IMG/VR virus record: IMGVR_UViG_3300020034_000004
Span: 1-64,000 of that record
DNA from: a virus
Length of the DNA: 64,000 nt
Reading direction: 5' to 3' (one strand)
Part shown: positions 9,480 to 20,031 of the stretch, piece after piece
Numbering within the stretch: the first letter of the stretch is position 1
Layout: the number at the start of each line of letters is the position of its first letter
Notes under the pieces: generated by a model
Told to the model about the DNA's origin: nothing
The model's input: the letters and a program-made list of their open reading frames with translations, nothing else
Database searches by the model: none
Translations under genes and position numbers: made by a program

Positions 9480-10083
9480 TAATCCATCCCTTTTCTTCTT
9501 TTTCTTTCCATCGGGTATTTTTATTGTATATTTTAGCGCAAAGAATGCATCGAAGTCCGTTTGGATGCTGACGTAAATTCTTAGGAATCCAGGGGTGACC
9601 ATTTTTACATTCTATCTTCTTATGGTTTTTATATCCATAAGTTTCTGTCTGTGTGTGGCAATTTGGACAAAGCATTCTTAGATTTTCAGGATTATTATTC
9701 AATGGATTCCCATCAATATGGTCCAGTTGAAGAGTGAGTGGTAATCCATTCCATTCCGCTCCTTGTTCGCACAAGCATATATTTTGAATATATCCAAGAG
9801 CAAGAGCTCGGTCCTTTAGTTCTTTTGCATTACCTCGACTAAACGGACTGGGATTTGTAAATACTAATTCATCTGGGATTCGTCGTTTGTTTGCTCTTGG
9901 ATTTTCAAATAGAAGTGAAATTCCGAATAATTCACATTGTGTTTTTAACTTCAAATATCTTTTAGAGCTTGGCTCAATACCTAAATTAACCAACGTCTGC
10001 CGCATTGATTTGCTTTTGTCAACAGTCTCTCTAATGAGACTTGGATTATTCCATATATGGTCATGTCCTGATTGTCTGTTCAT
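9472..10083 (-). CDS. HNH homing endonuclease
   Basis: LQLDHIDGNPLNN..ENLRMLCPNCH; C-terminal CKNGH motif. Confidence 0.9.
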   Translation of the reverse strand: MNRQSGHDHIWNNPSLIRETVDKSKSMRQTLVNLGIEPSSKRYLKLKTQCELFGISLLFENPRANKRRIPDELVFTNPSPFSRGNAKELKDRALALGYIQNICLCEQGAEWNGLPLTLQLDHIDGNPLNNNPENLRMLCPNCHTQTETYGYKNHKKIECKNGHPWIPKNLRQHPNGLRCILCAKIYNKNTRWKEKEEKGWIND

Positions 10084-10777
10084 ACAATCATTATATCATG
10101 GAGTAATTTATAATACACCATGTCCGATAGCATCGATAGTGGTGGTGAATAGGTCACCCGACTTTTTAATCATCACTCAAATTCCTTTCGCACTCTGTCA
10201 CGCAACATACGCTCTTCTAAATAATGAGGGTCATATTTAGGCGCAACCTGCTTGCGTCTAAACCTCTTAAATTTTGGGTCAGTCAGCACCATCCCCAGGA
10301 GCATAACAGCTAAAAATACAAGAAATGCTATCCCGACCATAGCGACTCTCCTTACTTGTTGACCTTTTTGGCAATCTTACGTGCAAACTTCTTTGTCTTT
10401 AACTTCTTTTCATCTGACAATACATACCATACCGCCACAGCTACCCACGGTAGCATAGAAATAACCCATGCAATCCACATTAATCAACTACCTCCCATGA
10501 ACCACGGGGGCGACGAATCACAACAAATGAATGAGGCTTGTTGGACATCTCATTCAATTCAGCAATCCATAGCTCGGCCGCCTCTTTTGTTTTATTTTCA
10601 CGATGAACGTACATAAGTCCATCCGTACGGATTCCAATTCCGTATTCGTATTCGATATCCATCAATTAGTAGCCTCCATGCATTTCAATAAACTTCATTG
10701 CGTAGTACTGAAAAGGAATACTCAGTATCGCAGCAATCATAATCCAAGCGTACTTTTCAAAGTATTCTTTCATTTGA

Positions 10778-11401
10778 TTATCTTTCAGCCTTGATAATAC
10801 TCAGAATCTCATCCTCGGATACCGGGCGGTATCCCCAAGAATCTACACCAACATGGATTTGCAATGTGCCATTAGCGCTACGGCTAATCTTTTCAGATGA
10901 ATGAGTATGTCCATGAAGCAAAACCATCCCATTATCTACCGGCCGAATCTTATTATAACGTGACTTGTCATTAGAGTCGCCAGTATAGGGAAAATGAGAC
11001 AAACAAACCTCGAAGTCACCAACAGTCATATAAACTTTGGCAGCCTCGGATTCATCACCCTCGATAATATCATCAAAAACATCTTCATATGCGGGACGGA
11101 ATCTATCAACGTAACGCTTAGCCTTTTCAACGCTAGACTCGGGGTCAATAAACAGTCGGTCGTGATTGCCGACAATCAAAATCTTGATTCCGTTCAGTCG
11201 CTTCACCAAAGGCAGTGATTTGTCAAGAGTACCCAAGGCTATATCACCGAGTATGTAAACCGTATCGTCAGGAGCCACTATTGCATTATGATTATTAATT
11301 ATTGCTTCGTTCATATGATTGACATTCACGAAAAGTCTATTCGATAGAGAAAGAATTCTCTCGTGACCGAAATGATAATCAGAACTAAACCATGTTGTCA
11401 T
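10778..11401 (-). CDS. Metallophosphoesterase
   Basis: SDYHFGH, LGD, GNHD, HGHTH. Confidence 0.9.
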   Translation of the reverse strand: MTTWFSSDYHFGHERILSLSNRLFVNVNHMNEAIINNHNAIVAPDDTVYILGDIALGTLDKSLPLVKRLNGIKILIVGNHDRLFIDPESSVEKAKRYVDRFRPAYEDVFDDIIEGDESEAAKVYMTVGDFEVCLSHFPYTGDSNDKSRYNKIRPVDNGMVLLHGHTHSSEKISRSANGTLQIHVGVDSWGYRPVSEDEILSIIKAER

Positions 11402-11434
11402 ATGTGCCTCCAAGTTTTATTAGTTACAATTAGG

Positions 11435-11565
11435 TCAATGTTGCCTTGTATTTAGTTTATTTCCATCTTTATGTCTGGTTTCCATCCCAATGGGCAATGG
11501 ACCAATAAATGTCTCTAGCACTAATCTATGTGTATATTGTGTTTTAGAATGAGTAGCTCCACCTA
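11435..11565 (-). pseudogene. HNH endonuclease remnant
   Basis: Startless frame ...YTHRLVLETFIGPLPIGMETRHKDGNKLN...stop. Confidence 0.65.
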
Positions 11566-11762
11566 TGCGTTATTATTCTTACTCAGCCAGTTAAGAAATC
11601 TATCTATACGATAGATTTTCATTAATTCATGACCTAGTGCGCCCAGTGCCATCTTTAGATTATGCTTACTTTCTGTCATGGTTAGAAACTTCGGGTACCC
11701 GTAGTTTTTACGATAATATCTAAATTGTTCGCATTTATCACAACAACACATAGGCTTATCCA

Positions 11763-12137
11763 TTAATTAACCTCGATAGCTTCTGTAATGTTTGGAAATG
11801 ATGATGTAATACCAATTCGCCAACCATGAAACTTAAGGTTATATTTATGACCAATCTCAATTTGATTATACAAATCAGCGGACCTAAATTGTCCCTTCAA
11901 AACAGTATCAGTAACCTTGAACACACCACAATCTCTGGTGTACACACGCATATCAGATTCTGCCTGCCCGTCTCTGTACTTGGTTGTTCGGTCTTTATTA
12001 GTAATAGTACAAACTTTGGTTTCGCTGGTGTTATAGTCAACGATTAATACACCAATACCAATGACTACCAACAGTGAGATGACACCAATAATGATACCGG
12101 CCGGGCCGGTAATTGAAAAGCGATGTCTTGCTTTCAT
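11763..12137 (-). CDS. Membrane-anchored phage protein
   Basis: N-terminal TM; translational coupling. Confidence 0.7.
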   Translation of the reverse strand: MKARHRFSITGPAGIIIGVISLLVVIGIGVLIVDYNTSETKVCTITNKDRTTKYRDGQAESDMRVYTRDCGVFKVTDTVLKGQFRSADLYNQIEIGHKYNLKFHGWRIGITSSFPNITEAIEVN

Positions 12138-12146
12138 TTATTATCC

Positions 12147-12470
12147 TTATTGTACAATGTTGTTAATTTTGTCGCCAACACATTCATGGAATTCAACATA
12201 CTGTGTTCGAAGATAGAATTTAGAATTACAATCTGCCCAAGCAGCCATACCGCCCGGTAGAGAAAGTAATTTTGTACATTTCTTATTTGCTTCAATATCT
12301 ATAATATCCGTACATTCGTTTCCCATAGCGGGAGTTTGAATAGCAGTTACTCCCGACCTAGGAATTGGTAATAGACAAGTCTTGTCTGAACCAAGCCAAT
12401 ACATCATCGCGGAGAATAGCAGAATGCCAAAAATTACCCATTTGGAAGCAGTTAGGGCTCTGTCTTTCAC
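12147..12470 (-). CDS. Cys-rich membrane-anchored protein
   Basis: N-terminal TM. Confidence 0.5.
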   Translation of the reverse strand: MKDRALTASKWVIFGILLFSAMMYWLGSDKTCLLPIPRSGVTAIQTPAMGNECTDIIDIEANKKCTKLLSLPGGMAAWADCNSKFYLRTQYVEFHECVGDKINNIVQ

Positions 12471-12704
12471 TTCTTATCACCGAAGAAAAGTCCCTTGAAG
12501 TATGTCTTTCTATCACCAAGGACGAAGAAAATACTCCAACCTTCTATCATTGCCTTGCGTGCATCGTGGGGTAGATAACGAAATCCATTATCAGAACCAA
12601 TTTGCATCAGTGGAACAGAATTAATAAAAGCATCAATAATATAATTGATAATGCCCATCAGGCTAGTCTCCTAACAATAAATATTATTTATGATAATCAA
12701 ACAA

Positions 12705-13016
12705 CTATTCGGACAATAGGTCTTTCTTCAACGCAACAACTGTGCGTGCTTCAACATGGCGAATATATTCGCCGTCTTCAAAAAGCATTACTTGTGGTAC
12801 TGATTGAATTTTATATTTAGACCCTACTCTTGGGTCAACATCTACATCCACCTTTATTACAGCTAGGTTAGTATCTTCTGCAAACTTAGACAAATGCGGT
12901 AAGAATTTTCGGCAAGGTTGACACCATTCCGCCCCGAATTCTATCAGAACTCGGGGGTTGTTGTCTATGCTATGTTGAATCTCTTCAAGACTGTTCTTAT
13001 GTAATAATTCACTCAT
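12705..13016 (-). CDS. Thioredoxin
   Basis: F.AEWCQPCR, IQSVP cis-Pro loop. Confidence 0.92.
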   Translation of the reverse strand: MSELLHKNSLEEIQHSIDNNPRVLIEFGAEWCQPCRKFLPHLSKFAEDTNLAVIKVDVDVDPRVGSKYKIQSVPQVMLFEDGEYIRHVEARTVVALKKDLLSE

Positions 13017-13638
13017 CGTAATGAACGCTCACCAGCTTTACCTTGAATACAAGACCAAGTGTCTCACCAAGAGCATGCAGCTTCAAGAGTGCATTGTCAA
13101 TAGTTGTAGTCTGAGTCTCAAACAAATACTCCTGCTCATGACCAACTACAGAATATAGAACATCGTGCTTCTTGACACCAGAAAAGGTGTCAACCGTTGC
13201 AGCAAGAGGGTCGTTTACCTTTAGCGACAACTGCGGAGTAGGGACAGGGTTGGCGATTCTCGGCTGCTCAAGAATAGCAACCAAAGGAGTAGCATCTACA
13301 TAATTATCCCAATCATCATCATAAAATGCCTCATCTGATGAATACTCTTCGTCATCATCATAGTCATGATAGTCGGTTTCATCTTCGAAAAGAAGCTGCC
13401 CACGACTGCCTAGACGCTCAGCAGGACCAAAGGTCTGGATGGTCTCGTGGTAATACTTACCAGCAGAAGGTGCATTCAGAAGTCCCTGATAAACATCTAC
13501 AGGGACATTGTTGTAGCGATAGAATACGCCACCATAGAGAGCCAAGGTTAGAGTCTGGTTCTTTTCATCGTAAAATGCTTCATCGACGGCGGTAGAATCA
13601 AAAAAGCTGGTCTCAGTATATTTAACTGTATTAGTCAT
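13009..13638 (-). CDS. KTSC-domain protein with acidic linker
   Basis: S.AV..A.YD...L.L...G..Y.Y..VP..VY..L..A.S.G.YY. Confidence 0.8.
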   Translation of the reverse strand: MTNTVKYTETSFFDSTAVDEAFYDEKNQTLTLALYGGVFYRYNNVPVDVYQGLLNAPSAGKYYHETIQTFGPAERLGSRGQLLFEDETDYHDYDDDEEYSSDEAFYDDDWDNYVDATPLVAILEQPRIANPVPTPQLSLKVNDPLAATVDTFSGVKKHDVLYSVVGHEQEYLFETQTTTIDNALLKLHALGETLGLVFKVKLVSVHYDE

Positions 13639-13883
13639 TTCTCTCCCTTATTATAGGTACCGGCCAAAACATATACGTCAAAGCCTTTGGTTTGTTTAAT
13701 TATGACAAGTCGGCCAACCTCTAGGATTGTACCGACCTTCTCATCATACAGGACTTTTTGAGCCTCGTCAAGAGCATTCTTAAAGTCACTCTCAGTAGGC
13801 AATTGCTTACCCTTGCCCTTGAGTGACCATTTCCAGTTTCTTTCTTTAAAGTATTCAGCTAGAAACTTAATCAATGGTATCAA
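13635..13883 (-). CDS. Hypothetical protein
   Basis: Coupled ORF. Confidence 0.6.
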   Translation of the reverse strand: MIPLIKFLAEYFKERNWKWSLKGKGKQLPTESDFKNALDEAQKVLYDEKVGTILEVGRLVIIKQTKGFDVYVLAGTYNKGEK

Positions 13884-13966
13884 AATCAGACCATCCCAAT
13901 CGCAATCTTAGACACATCTTGCAAAGCAACTAATTCTGAAAATCTTTGCCCTGAATAGATGTACAT

Positions 13967-14548
13967 TTATTTTTCCACCATTAGTTCTCTAGTAAGCTTT
14001 GGTACCCCATTTAACCGTTCCAACATTTCACATCCGGGCCTCCCTTTTCTTTGAAGCCCGGCCGCGTCTGCAGCCGTCCATAACTCCTCTACTATACCAG
14101 CAGCGAATCTGAATGGCAAGAATCGACCTCCAAATTTGGATTCGAACTTTGCATAACGACGATGCTCGGCTACCGCCAAGCATTGAACAGCATATAGAAA
14201 AGTCTGAGCGTTTATACCTTCGGAGAAATGGGGAGGAGTCATTTTGGTTGGGTCTGCACCCTCAATTACTAATTTATATAATGCAATCAAGCTTACAGCA
14301 TCCGCTGAGTGTTCATCTATCTTAGATTGGACATCCTTAAATAAATCCGTATGCGTGAATTGATGCTTTGTCCAGTCCATATCTTCATCATCGACCATTA
14401 CAACAAAATCTCCACCAATTGGCTCAGTCTCCAAAGCGTGTCGGCCTGGTAATGCTAAAGTAATACCTGTATAGGGATGCATCTCTAATATCTTAGCTTT
14501 ACCGCCCTTGGCATAAGGTATCATTTCGTTCAATTTATTGAAATCCAT
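13967..14548 (-). CDS. Hypothetical protein
   Basis: 193-aa ORF with RBS. Confidence 0.75.
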   Translation of the reverse strand: MDFNKLNEMIPYAKGGKAKILEMHPYTGITLALPGRHALETEPIGGDFVVMVDDEDMDWTKHQFTHTDLFKDVQSKIDEHSADAVSLIALYKLVIEGADPTKMTPPHFSEGINAQTFLYAVQCLAVAEHRRYAKFESKFGGRFLPFRFAAGIVEELWTAADAAGLQRKGRPGCEMLERLNGVPKLTRELMVEK

Positions 14549-14562
14549 TATATCCTATTCTA

Positions 14563-14871
14563 TTAATTCAGACTACTAGTCCTGCATTGAATATCACATT
14601 TCATCCAATACACACATAGTCCTGCATGGGTAATTAAATTACCCACGCTATCAAACACTGGAAGACCACCAACAACAACAATTTGGCTCTCGCCAAACTG
14701 AGTCGCCCGGTATGCATTTATAATTGAAAATGTATCAGGTTCTGCAGTTTTTCCAAACATTTGATTACTCAGTCCTGCAAATTGTTGTATCGATTCTTCG
14801 TAATCTTCAAACTTCATTTCTCTAAGCGGAGGTCCATTAAGACACCCCATGTATAAATGATAGTGTGTCAT
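14563..14871 (-). CDS. Hypothetical protein
   Basis: ORF in operon. Confidence 0.6.
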   Translation of the reverse strand: MTHYHLYMGCLNGPPLREMKFEDYEESIQQFAGLSNQMFGKTAEPDTFSIINAYRATQFGESQIVVVGGLPVFDSVGNLITHAGLCVYWMKCDIQCRTSSLN

Positions 14872-14879
14872 TACTATAC

Positions 14880-15086
14880 CTACCCGACAGGAGCGTCTTG
14901 AGGGATGCCCATTTCTTGCAAGCCAGAAATATCGTTTTCAATTTCCCATCCAGTCATTAGCAACATATCATTATGGGCTTTCCCGTGATGGATGCAAAAC
15001 AGTAATTCATACTCACTCTTCGTGGCAGCATGATAAGCCTGCGCACCGCAACGGTCACAGCGGTCGGTAGCTTTAAAAATCTTCAT
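14880..15086 (-). CDS. Small Zn-binding protein
   Basis: DRCDRCGAQAY...LLFC.HH pattern. Confidence 0.7.
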   Translation of the reverse strand: MKIFKATDRCDRCGAQAYHAATKSEYELLFCIHHGKAHNDMLLMTGWEIENDISGLQEMGIPQDAPVG

Positions 15087-15175
15087 ATTCTTGCACCTCT
15101 CTTCGCTTCCATTATACACCTAGAATGTTACCGATGACGTACAACTAAATACTGGAACGTTGCTCAACTACATTA

Positions 15176-15505
15176 TCACTGCCCCGGCGGTACGTCAAGA
15201 TTAGTCTCCACTTTCTGCGAGCCTCTTTTAATCTGTTCTAAAGCCAATGTTAATTCTGTATGTTGTTTCATATACGAATCACGAAGGTCATAATACTTTG
15301 TACGCCATTCATCAATCTCTTCTTCTAGACGCCTAATTTCTTCTTTCTGAGACACGACCTGATTTCTCAGCTCTTCTCTGATTTGCTTAGCATCATCTAT
15401 ACTGGTTTTGTTTCTGTTAAGGAGATGTTCAGTTACTTTTAATCCTATAGCGCCGCAGAGGGTACCGATTCCGGCAATCCAGGCTGGGTCAAGCGGAAGA
15501 GCCAT
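15176..15505 (-). CDS. Single-TM coiled-coil protein (holin-like architecture)
   Basis: N-terminal TM then coiled coil. Confidence 0.55.
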   Translation of the reverse strand: MALPLDPAWIAGIGTLCGAIGLKVTEHLLNRNKTSIDDAKQIREELRNQVVSQKEEIRRLEEEIDEWRTKYYDLRDSYMKQHTELTLALEQIKRGSQKVETNLDVPPGQ

Positions 15506-15920
15506 TACTCTGCTCCCTCTTGATATGGAAGTATATAACTATCAGGATTGATAACAGAGTTGCACTCGCCAACCAAGATGGTGGCATAAACCCGTTTAGA
15601 GCCCACCCTCCAACTAAACCATATATTCTGACACATATGTTGATAAACAACCCCGTTGCTCTCCATTGCTTCTTTTCCCAAATAAGCCCTGCGGCGAGCA
15701 ATATAGCTGAGAACAAGAAGATACTTCCAAGAGCTAATATTCCGATTGGTGAAATTACGACTTGAGCAACAATAGATGGCTTTACAATCGTCATCGCCAA
15801 CTTCTCAACTAATGGGCTAAGAATGTAGAGCCCACCAAGGATGGTCTGGATAACAATTATCCACTCAATCATCCTTAGTGGGGTCTGCTTTAGCTTATTC
15901 CACCTAACCAATAGCTTCAT
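15489..15920 (-). CDS. 4-TM membrane protein (leaderless)
   Basis: Four hydrophobic helices; TATAAT-N6-ATG. Confidence 0.7.
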   Translation of the reverse strand: MKLLVRWNKLKQTPLRMIEWIIVIQTILGGLYILSPLVEKLAMTIVKPSIVAQVVISPIGILALGSIFLFSAILLAAGLIWEKKQWRATGLFINICVRIYGLVGGWALNGFMPPSWLASATLLSILIVIYFHIKREQSNGSSA

Positions 15921-16023
15921 ACTATGATTATACAATTTTGAACGTACAAATGCAAAACCGTCGATAACTACTCTACGTGACTGATGTCACACTGGTATCA
16001 ATATTTATAACAATTTGGTAATA

Positions 16024-16266
16024 TTATAAAAGTTCTGATACTTCTATTGGCTTTCCAACGTAACGATGCTTATTAATGTAATCCTTGATTGAATCAATGC
16101 CGTTTGTCCTACCGGCTAAAATGATAACAAAACGTGGCTCCCTCTTGGCATCGTTGCAGTCGCCACACAAGAACAAGTCTACGGCTGGCCACAACCTAGA
16201 CTTACGTGCATGCAGTTTGTTCTTTTGCTGTTTGCAAACCGTGCACAGCAATTCATTCTTGTTCAT
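16024..16266 (-). CDS. Zn-finger-like hypothetical protein
   Basis: CTVC...CGDC. Confidence 0.6.
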   Translation of the reverse strand: MNKNELLCTVCKQQKNKLHARKSRLWPAVDLFLCGDCNDAKREPRFVIILAGRTNGIDSIKDYINKHRYVGKPIEVSELL

Positions 16267-16413
16267 ATTCGTCAGGCTCCCACTCTTCCCATTCATCATT
16301 TTCTACGTACTCTTCATAATTATGCACTCCATCGGAATACTTGATTAGTGATACGTATGCGCCCCAGGACAACAAAAAACCGAACAGACGCTTTTCAGTC
16401 AACCTAACAATCG

Positions 16414-16671
16414 TTAAGTCTTCGGACATTCTGGAAGCACCTCCAAGAGACATGGACACCCCAATTTATTAATTTTTGAAAGTGCCTCGTTGATTACTTT
16501 CGCAACATATTCCATATCCACACCATCAAAAGTAATGAAATTATCACGGTACAATCTAAGAGAAATATGGTTTTGATATTCAACAACGTGAACTATTAAT
16601 CCCTTAGACCACTTATAGGAATGAAGAAGCTCTCGGACTTCGGCGGTATATAGGTCAACTGCCATTACCAA
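16414..16671 (-). CDS. Hypothetical protein
   Basis: Overlapping operon ORF. Confidence 0.6.
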   Translation of the reverse strand: MVMAVDLYTAEVRELLHSYKWSKGLIVHVVEYQNHISLRLYRDNFITFDGVDMEYVAKVINEALSKINKLGCPCLLEVLPECPKT

Positions 16672-16972
16672 TATGCTCTCTTATCTCATTCCAGATGTCT
16701 TCTGTTTTGTGTTTGTTTCTATTTTGGTCGGGAGTGCCACCGGCTAAGTAAATACCGCCCCACACACCCCATTCACCATTATCGACACCTTGTTGTAGAC
16801 ACTGTGCCATTACTGGACAGGAAAGACAAGCCTGGTCTACCATTTTAGCTACAGATTCACTCGACTCGTAATCGTCATAGAACAAATTTGTAGGCATTCC
16901 ATCACAGATAGCCAGGTCTTGCCATTCCAATTCTTCTAGGTCAATTCCTAATGCGTTTAATGCGTCTGACAT
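16655..16972 (-). CDS. whiB: WhiB-family Fe-S transcription factor
   Basis: W...A.C, C..CPV...C, GVWGG turn. Confidence 0.9.
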   Translation of the reverse strand: MSDALNALGIDLEELEWQDLAICDGMPTNLFYDDYESSESVAKMVDQACLSCPVMAQCLQQGVDNGEWGVWGGIYLAGGTPDQNRNKHKTEDIWNEIREHIGNGS

Positions 16973-17023
16973 TTTGTCGCTTCCCTCGTTCACGCTCATC
17001 ATTTCTTACTTCAAGGTCGCCAC

Positions 17024-17290
17024 TCAATTATTTTTTCCATTACGTGGCAATCTTTTTATATTGCGAAAATCAATGGACCATGTTCCTCGGTCACTCACTG
17101 GGACACGATTAATGTATCCCCAAACTCCATTTCGAAAGGCCCCGTCCTTCGAATACACAGCAGCGTCGGCCGGTCTAAAGAACAAAACATCCCATCCCTC
17201 AAACCAAACATCGTTACCAGCTTCTTTCTGCTTGCGCACAAATGCATCCACTTTCTTCAACCCCAGAGTGAGCATTTTGATTCCTTTCAT
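17024..17290 (-). CDS. Hypothetical protein
   Basis: ORF downstream of promoter. Confidence 0.6.
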   Translation of the reverse strand: MKGIKMLTLGLKKVDAFVRKQKEAGNDVWFEGWDVLFFRPADAAVYSKDGAFRNGVWGYINRVPVSDRGTWSIDFRNIKRLPRNGKNN

Positions 17291-17414
17291 TCGGTAAATT
17301 ATATTATAGCATGAAAAGGAGGGGAACGTCAATAGTTAACATTCCCCTCCTAGTGTCCCTCAAGCAGGATTGATTGATTTACCTGCGTCTGTGGGACAAA
17401 GCCTAATAGAATAA

Positions 17415-17603
17415 TTAGGCTGGTTCGTTGTCGCCTGTCTCGGCAACCGTCTCACCGGTTACACGGTCAACGTATTCACGTTCCCAACGCTTGTCACCGG
17501 TCGTTACGTCAACACCCTGCTGGTCGAATCCACGGACCTTGCGGTCATCGTTCAACTGCAACCAGTCACGGTCATAGCGTCCTTCCACTGTTTCAACAGC
17601 CAT
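17415..17603 (-). CDS. Small acidic protein
   Basis: GGAGG RBS. Confidence 0.6.
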   Translation of the reverse strand: MAVETVEGRYDRDWLQLNDDRKVRGFDQQGVDVTTGDKRWEREYVDRVTGETVAETGDNEPA

Positions 17604-17751
17604 AATTATCCCTCCAATGTTTGCTAATAGTTAGCATGATACATTCATTGTAACATAAGGGTAATTATGAAGACAAACGATTAGAGGGTACTAAGCTAAT
17701 TGAAGAAGCCCTGAAATGGCACTACAGGATTATTTTTATCCCCACTTTGGG

Positions 17752-18546
17752 TCATCCCAACTCATCTTCACCCCTCCATGTAAACTCATCGGTGGTGGTA
17801 TCTAGAATTCCCCAGGAGTACCAGTCTCCATCACACTCAAGACCATACGTTTGAGCACCATGTTCATGCCTAAAGGTATTAAGATTTATCCAATCATACC
17901 TCTCATGCATGTGTCCATGAAAATGTAGCTCTGGCTTGGTCGCTCTAAGAACACGGTCAATGCTTTGACGATGAATCTGGCTGTCCAGGTCAGGCTGTAA
18001 TCTATTCTTGAATGGTGTGTAGTTAGAGCAGTCGTGAGTAATCAGATAGTCTGCCTTCTTTTCCCAACTCTCTAGCGTAAACAAATCCTCTTCAGTCAAT
18101 GTTTCATTTGGCCAGGATAAAGTTTTGGGTGCATTATTTCTAGCTTCTTCTTGTAGACGCCACTCCTTATCAATGGATACCGCGCCACCGGCACTGACAA
18201 ATTGCTTATTATTCCATGTCCAATGATGTGCCTTTGGTGCAAGAGCAACGCGACTTCTAATCATTGCAAAGCCTTTACTCTTTGGCAAGTTTTCTACCGC
18301 CCAATTCCAATGGTCATGATTTTCATGATTTCCAGGAATTGCGTACACTGTAAGTTTATTGATGCCAGCAAGCTCTTGAACCTCATCCAAGAATACTTGT
18401 CCATCTAGAAAGTGAGTCGAAAGCCCGAAGTCACCAACAATCAGTACATGACTTAGCTTGCGCTTACCGGCCTCCATGAGCTTCCATTTCAGCGGTGTAA
18501 TATTTCCGTGGGTGTCTCCAACGACCATTAACTTAATCTGACTCAC
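17752..18546 (-). CDS. Metallophosphoesterase
   Basis: GDTHG, GDFG, GNHE, HGHMH. Confidence 0.9.
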   Translation of the reverse strand: MSQIKLMVVGDTHGNITPLKWKLMEAGKRKLSHVLIVGDFGLSTHFLDGQVFLDEVQELAGINKLTVYAIPGNHENHDHWNWAVENLPKSKGFAMIRSRVALAPKAHHWTWNNKQFVSAGGAVSIDKEWRLQEEARNNAPKTLSWPNETLTEEDLFTLESWEKKADYLITHDCSNYTPFKNRLQPDLDSQIHRQSIDRVLRATKPELHFHGHMHERYDWINLNTFRHEHGAQTYGLECDGDWYSWGILDTTTDEFTWRGEDELG

Positions 18547-18826
18547 CTTCCTTCTGCTTGTAGCAGCAGTCTAGCAGTACGCATATCGTACTGTCAAGGG
18601 AGTTTATCAACCAGGTTACGTAACTGTTTGGTTGCGTACACAAGTGCAAACCCTAGTGATGTAAGAGGCCACCACAAACCTGCAAAGAAACCGAAATCCT
18701 CAGCCTCAATTTTAGAATAGTGTTTCCTGAGAAAATAATTTTCAACCAGTCGCGCTAAGACTACGCCAATGAAATAATACCCGGCCGATGTTGTAATTAC
18801 TAAAAATATAATTAAATATGCATCCA

Positions 18827-19189
18827 TTACTCACACCGTCTATACTTGTCATGTATACGTATAATATCGTTAGTCTCTAAACTCCCAACCGCCACCTCTA
18901 CCACAGATATAGAGTGTTTTTGTGGATTCGTTATTCGGTGAATCACATTGGCCGGTAGACTGTATTGAAACCATGGCTTCATTTTAATGTTCGTTGCTCC
19001 GTTTACAGTCAAAATCAATCCACCCTCATAAGGCTTTAAATATTCATCTCTATTTTCATGATAGTGTAAACTAAGGCTCTCACCAGAATAAATAGTGAGA
19101 ATCTTAGTCCAATAGTTACTATCTCTAAAAATAGTTATTTCATATCCCCAAGGTTTATCAACTTTGGGTAAGTCAGTCCACATATTCAC
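18827..19189 (-). CDS. Cupin protein (mannose-6-phosphate isomerase C-terminal type)
   Basis: KPWG, SLHYH..RDE, HRI.N, DIIR..D.Y.R. Confidence 0.8.
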   Translation of the reverse strand: MNMWTDLPKVDKPWGYEITIFRDSNYWTKILTIYSGESLSLHYHENRDEYLKPYEGGLILTVNGATNIKMKPWFQYSLPANVIHRITNPQKHSISVVEVAVGSLETNDIIRIHDKYRRCE

Positions 19190-19727
19190 CTAAATCAAAC
19201 TTATCCAAGTATTTGTCTGCCATACTCCATTTGATTGCATCACGAGCGACAACAAAAAAGCCATCATCTTCCATTCGTTTCTCTAAATCAGGAATATCAC
19301 AATATTTCTTATAATGAGCGATATTGGTCTTGAAACCTCTTTCTTTCCAAGCTGATAGGCGCTGGATTTGCGTAGGGGTTGTCTCAAACGAAGCAGTTTG
19401 TCCATAATGGACCAAATGCTCACCCGCTCGGCCAATGTATCGAAACCCTGGCGTGCCCGTGACGGCTAACATAGAGCCAGCAGAAAATGCAACAGCCGGG
19501 ACAATGGTTCGCACAACAATCCCATCAGATTTCGCAATTTCTACATATTCAACTAACTGTTGCATAAGATGCACATGTCCACCAAAAGAATTAATATGCA
19601 AGTCAATACGACCATTAGACAGACGCCTTTGTTTCTGAATCTGACGAATAAGAGGAATTGCGACTTCTCTCTCTAGACTTTCATCAAAGTCTCCAATGAA
19701 GAACACATTTTCTTCATTATTAAACAT
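19173..19727 (-). CDS. ClpP-like serine protease
   Basis: LHINSFGG, AFSAGS nucleophile elbow, LVH. Confidence 0.82.
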   Translation of the reverse strand: MFNNEENVFFIGDFDESLEREVAIPLIRQIQKQRRLSNGRIDLHINSFGGHVHLMQQLVEYVEIAKSDGIVVRTIVPAVAFSAGSMLAVTGTPGFRYIGRAGEHLVHYGQTASFETTPTQIQRLSAWKERGFKTNIAHYKKYCDIPDLEKRMEDDGFFVVARDAIKWSMADKYLDKFDLGEYVD

Positions 19728-19738
19728 ACCTTGCCCCT

Positions 19739-19930
19739 TTACTTCTTATTGCTGCGATTGCGGTCCTTCATAATCTTCTGAACCTCAACCATGTCGTCTC
19801 CCTTGCGATTCTTGCCTTTGGAGTGAACGAGACAAGCTAACATCATTGCCTCATCATAATGTATCACATTTCCGTCGCGCATATACGCGCGGTGCATGAC
19901 CCGGTAAAATGGGTCGATATCTTTAGCCAT
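19739..19930 (-). CDS. Hypothetical protein (leaderless)
   Basis: TTGACT-N17-TACCAT-N6-ATG. Confidence 0.55.
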   Translation of the reverse strand: MAKDIDPFYRVMHRAYMRDGNVIHYDEAMMLACLVHSKGKNRKGDDMVEVQKIMKDRNRSNKK

Positions 19931-20031
19931 GTATTCATGGTAGCAGAAATGACCGCTGGAGTCAATAGTATGGAAGATACCATTAATAATCCGGCGGTCA
20001 TTTACTGTTATTAAATATATTGATGTATATC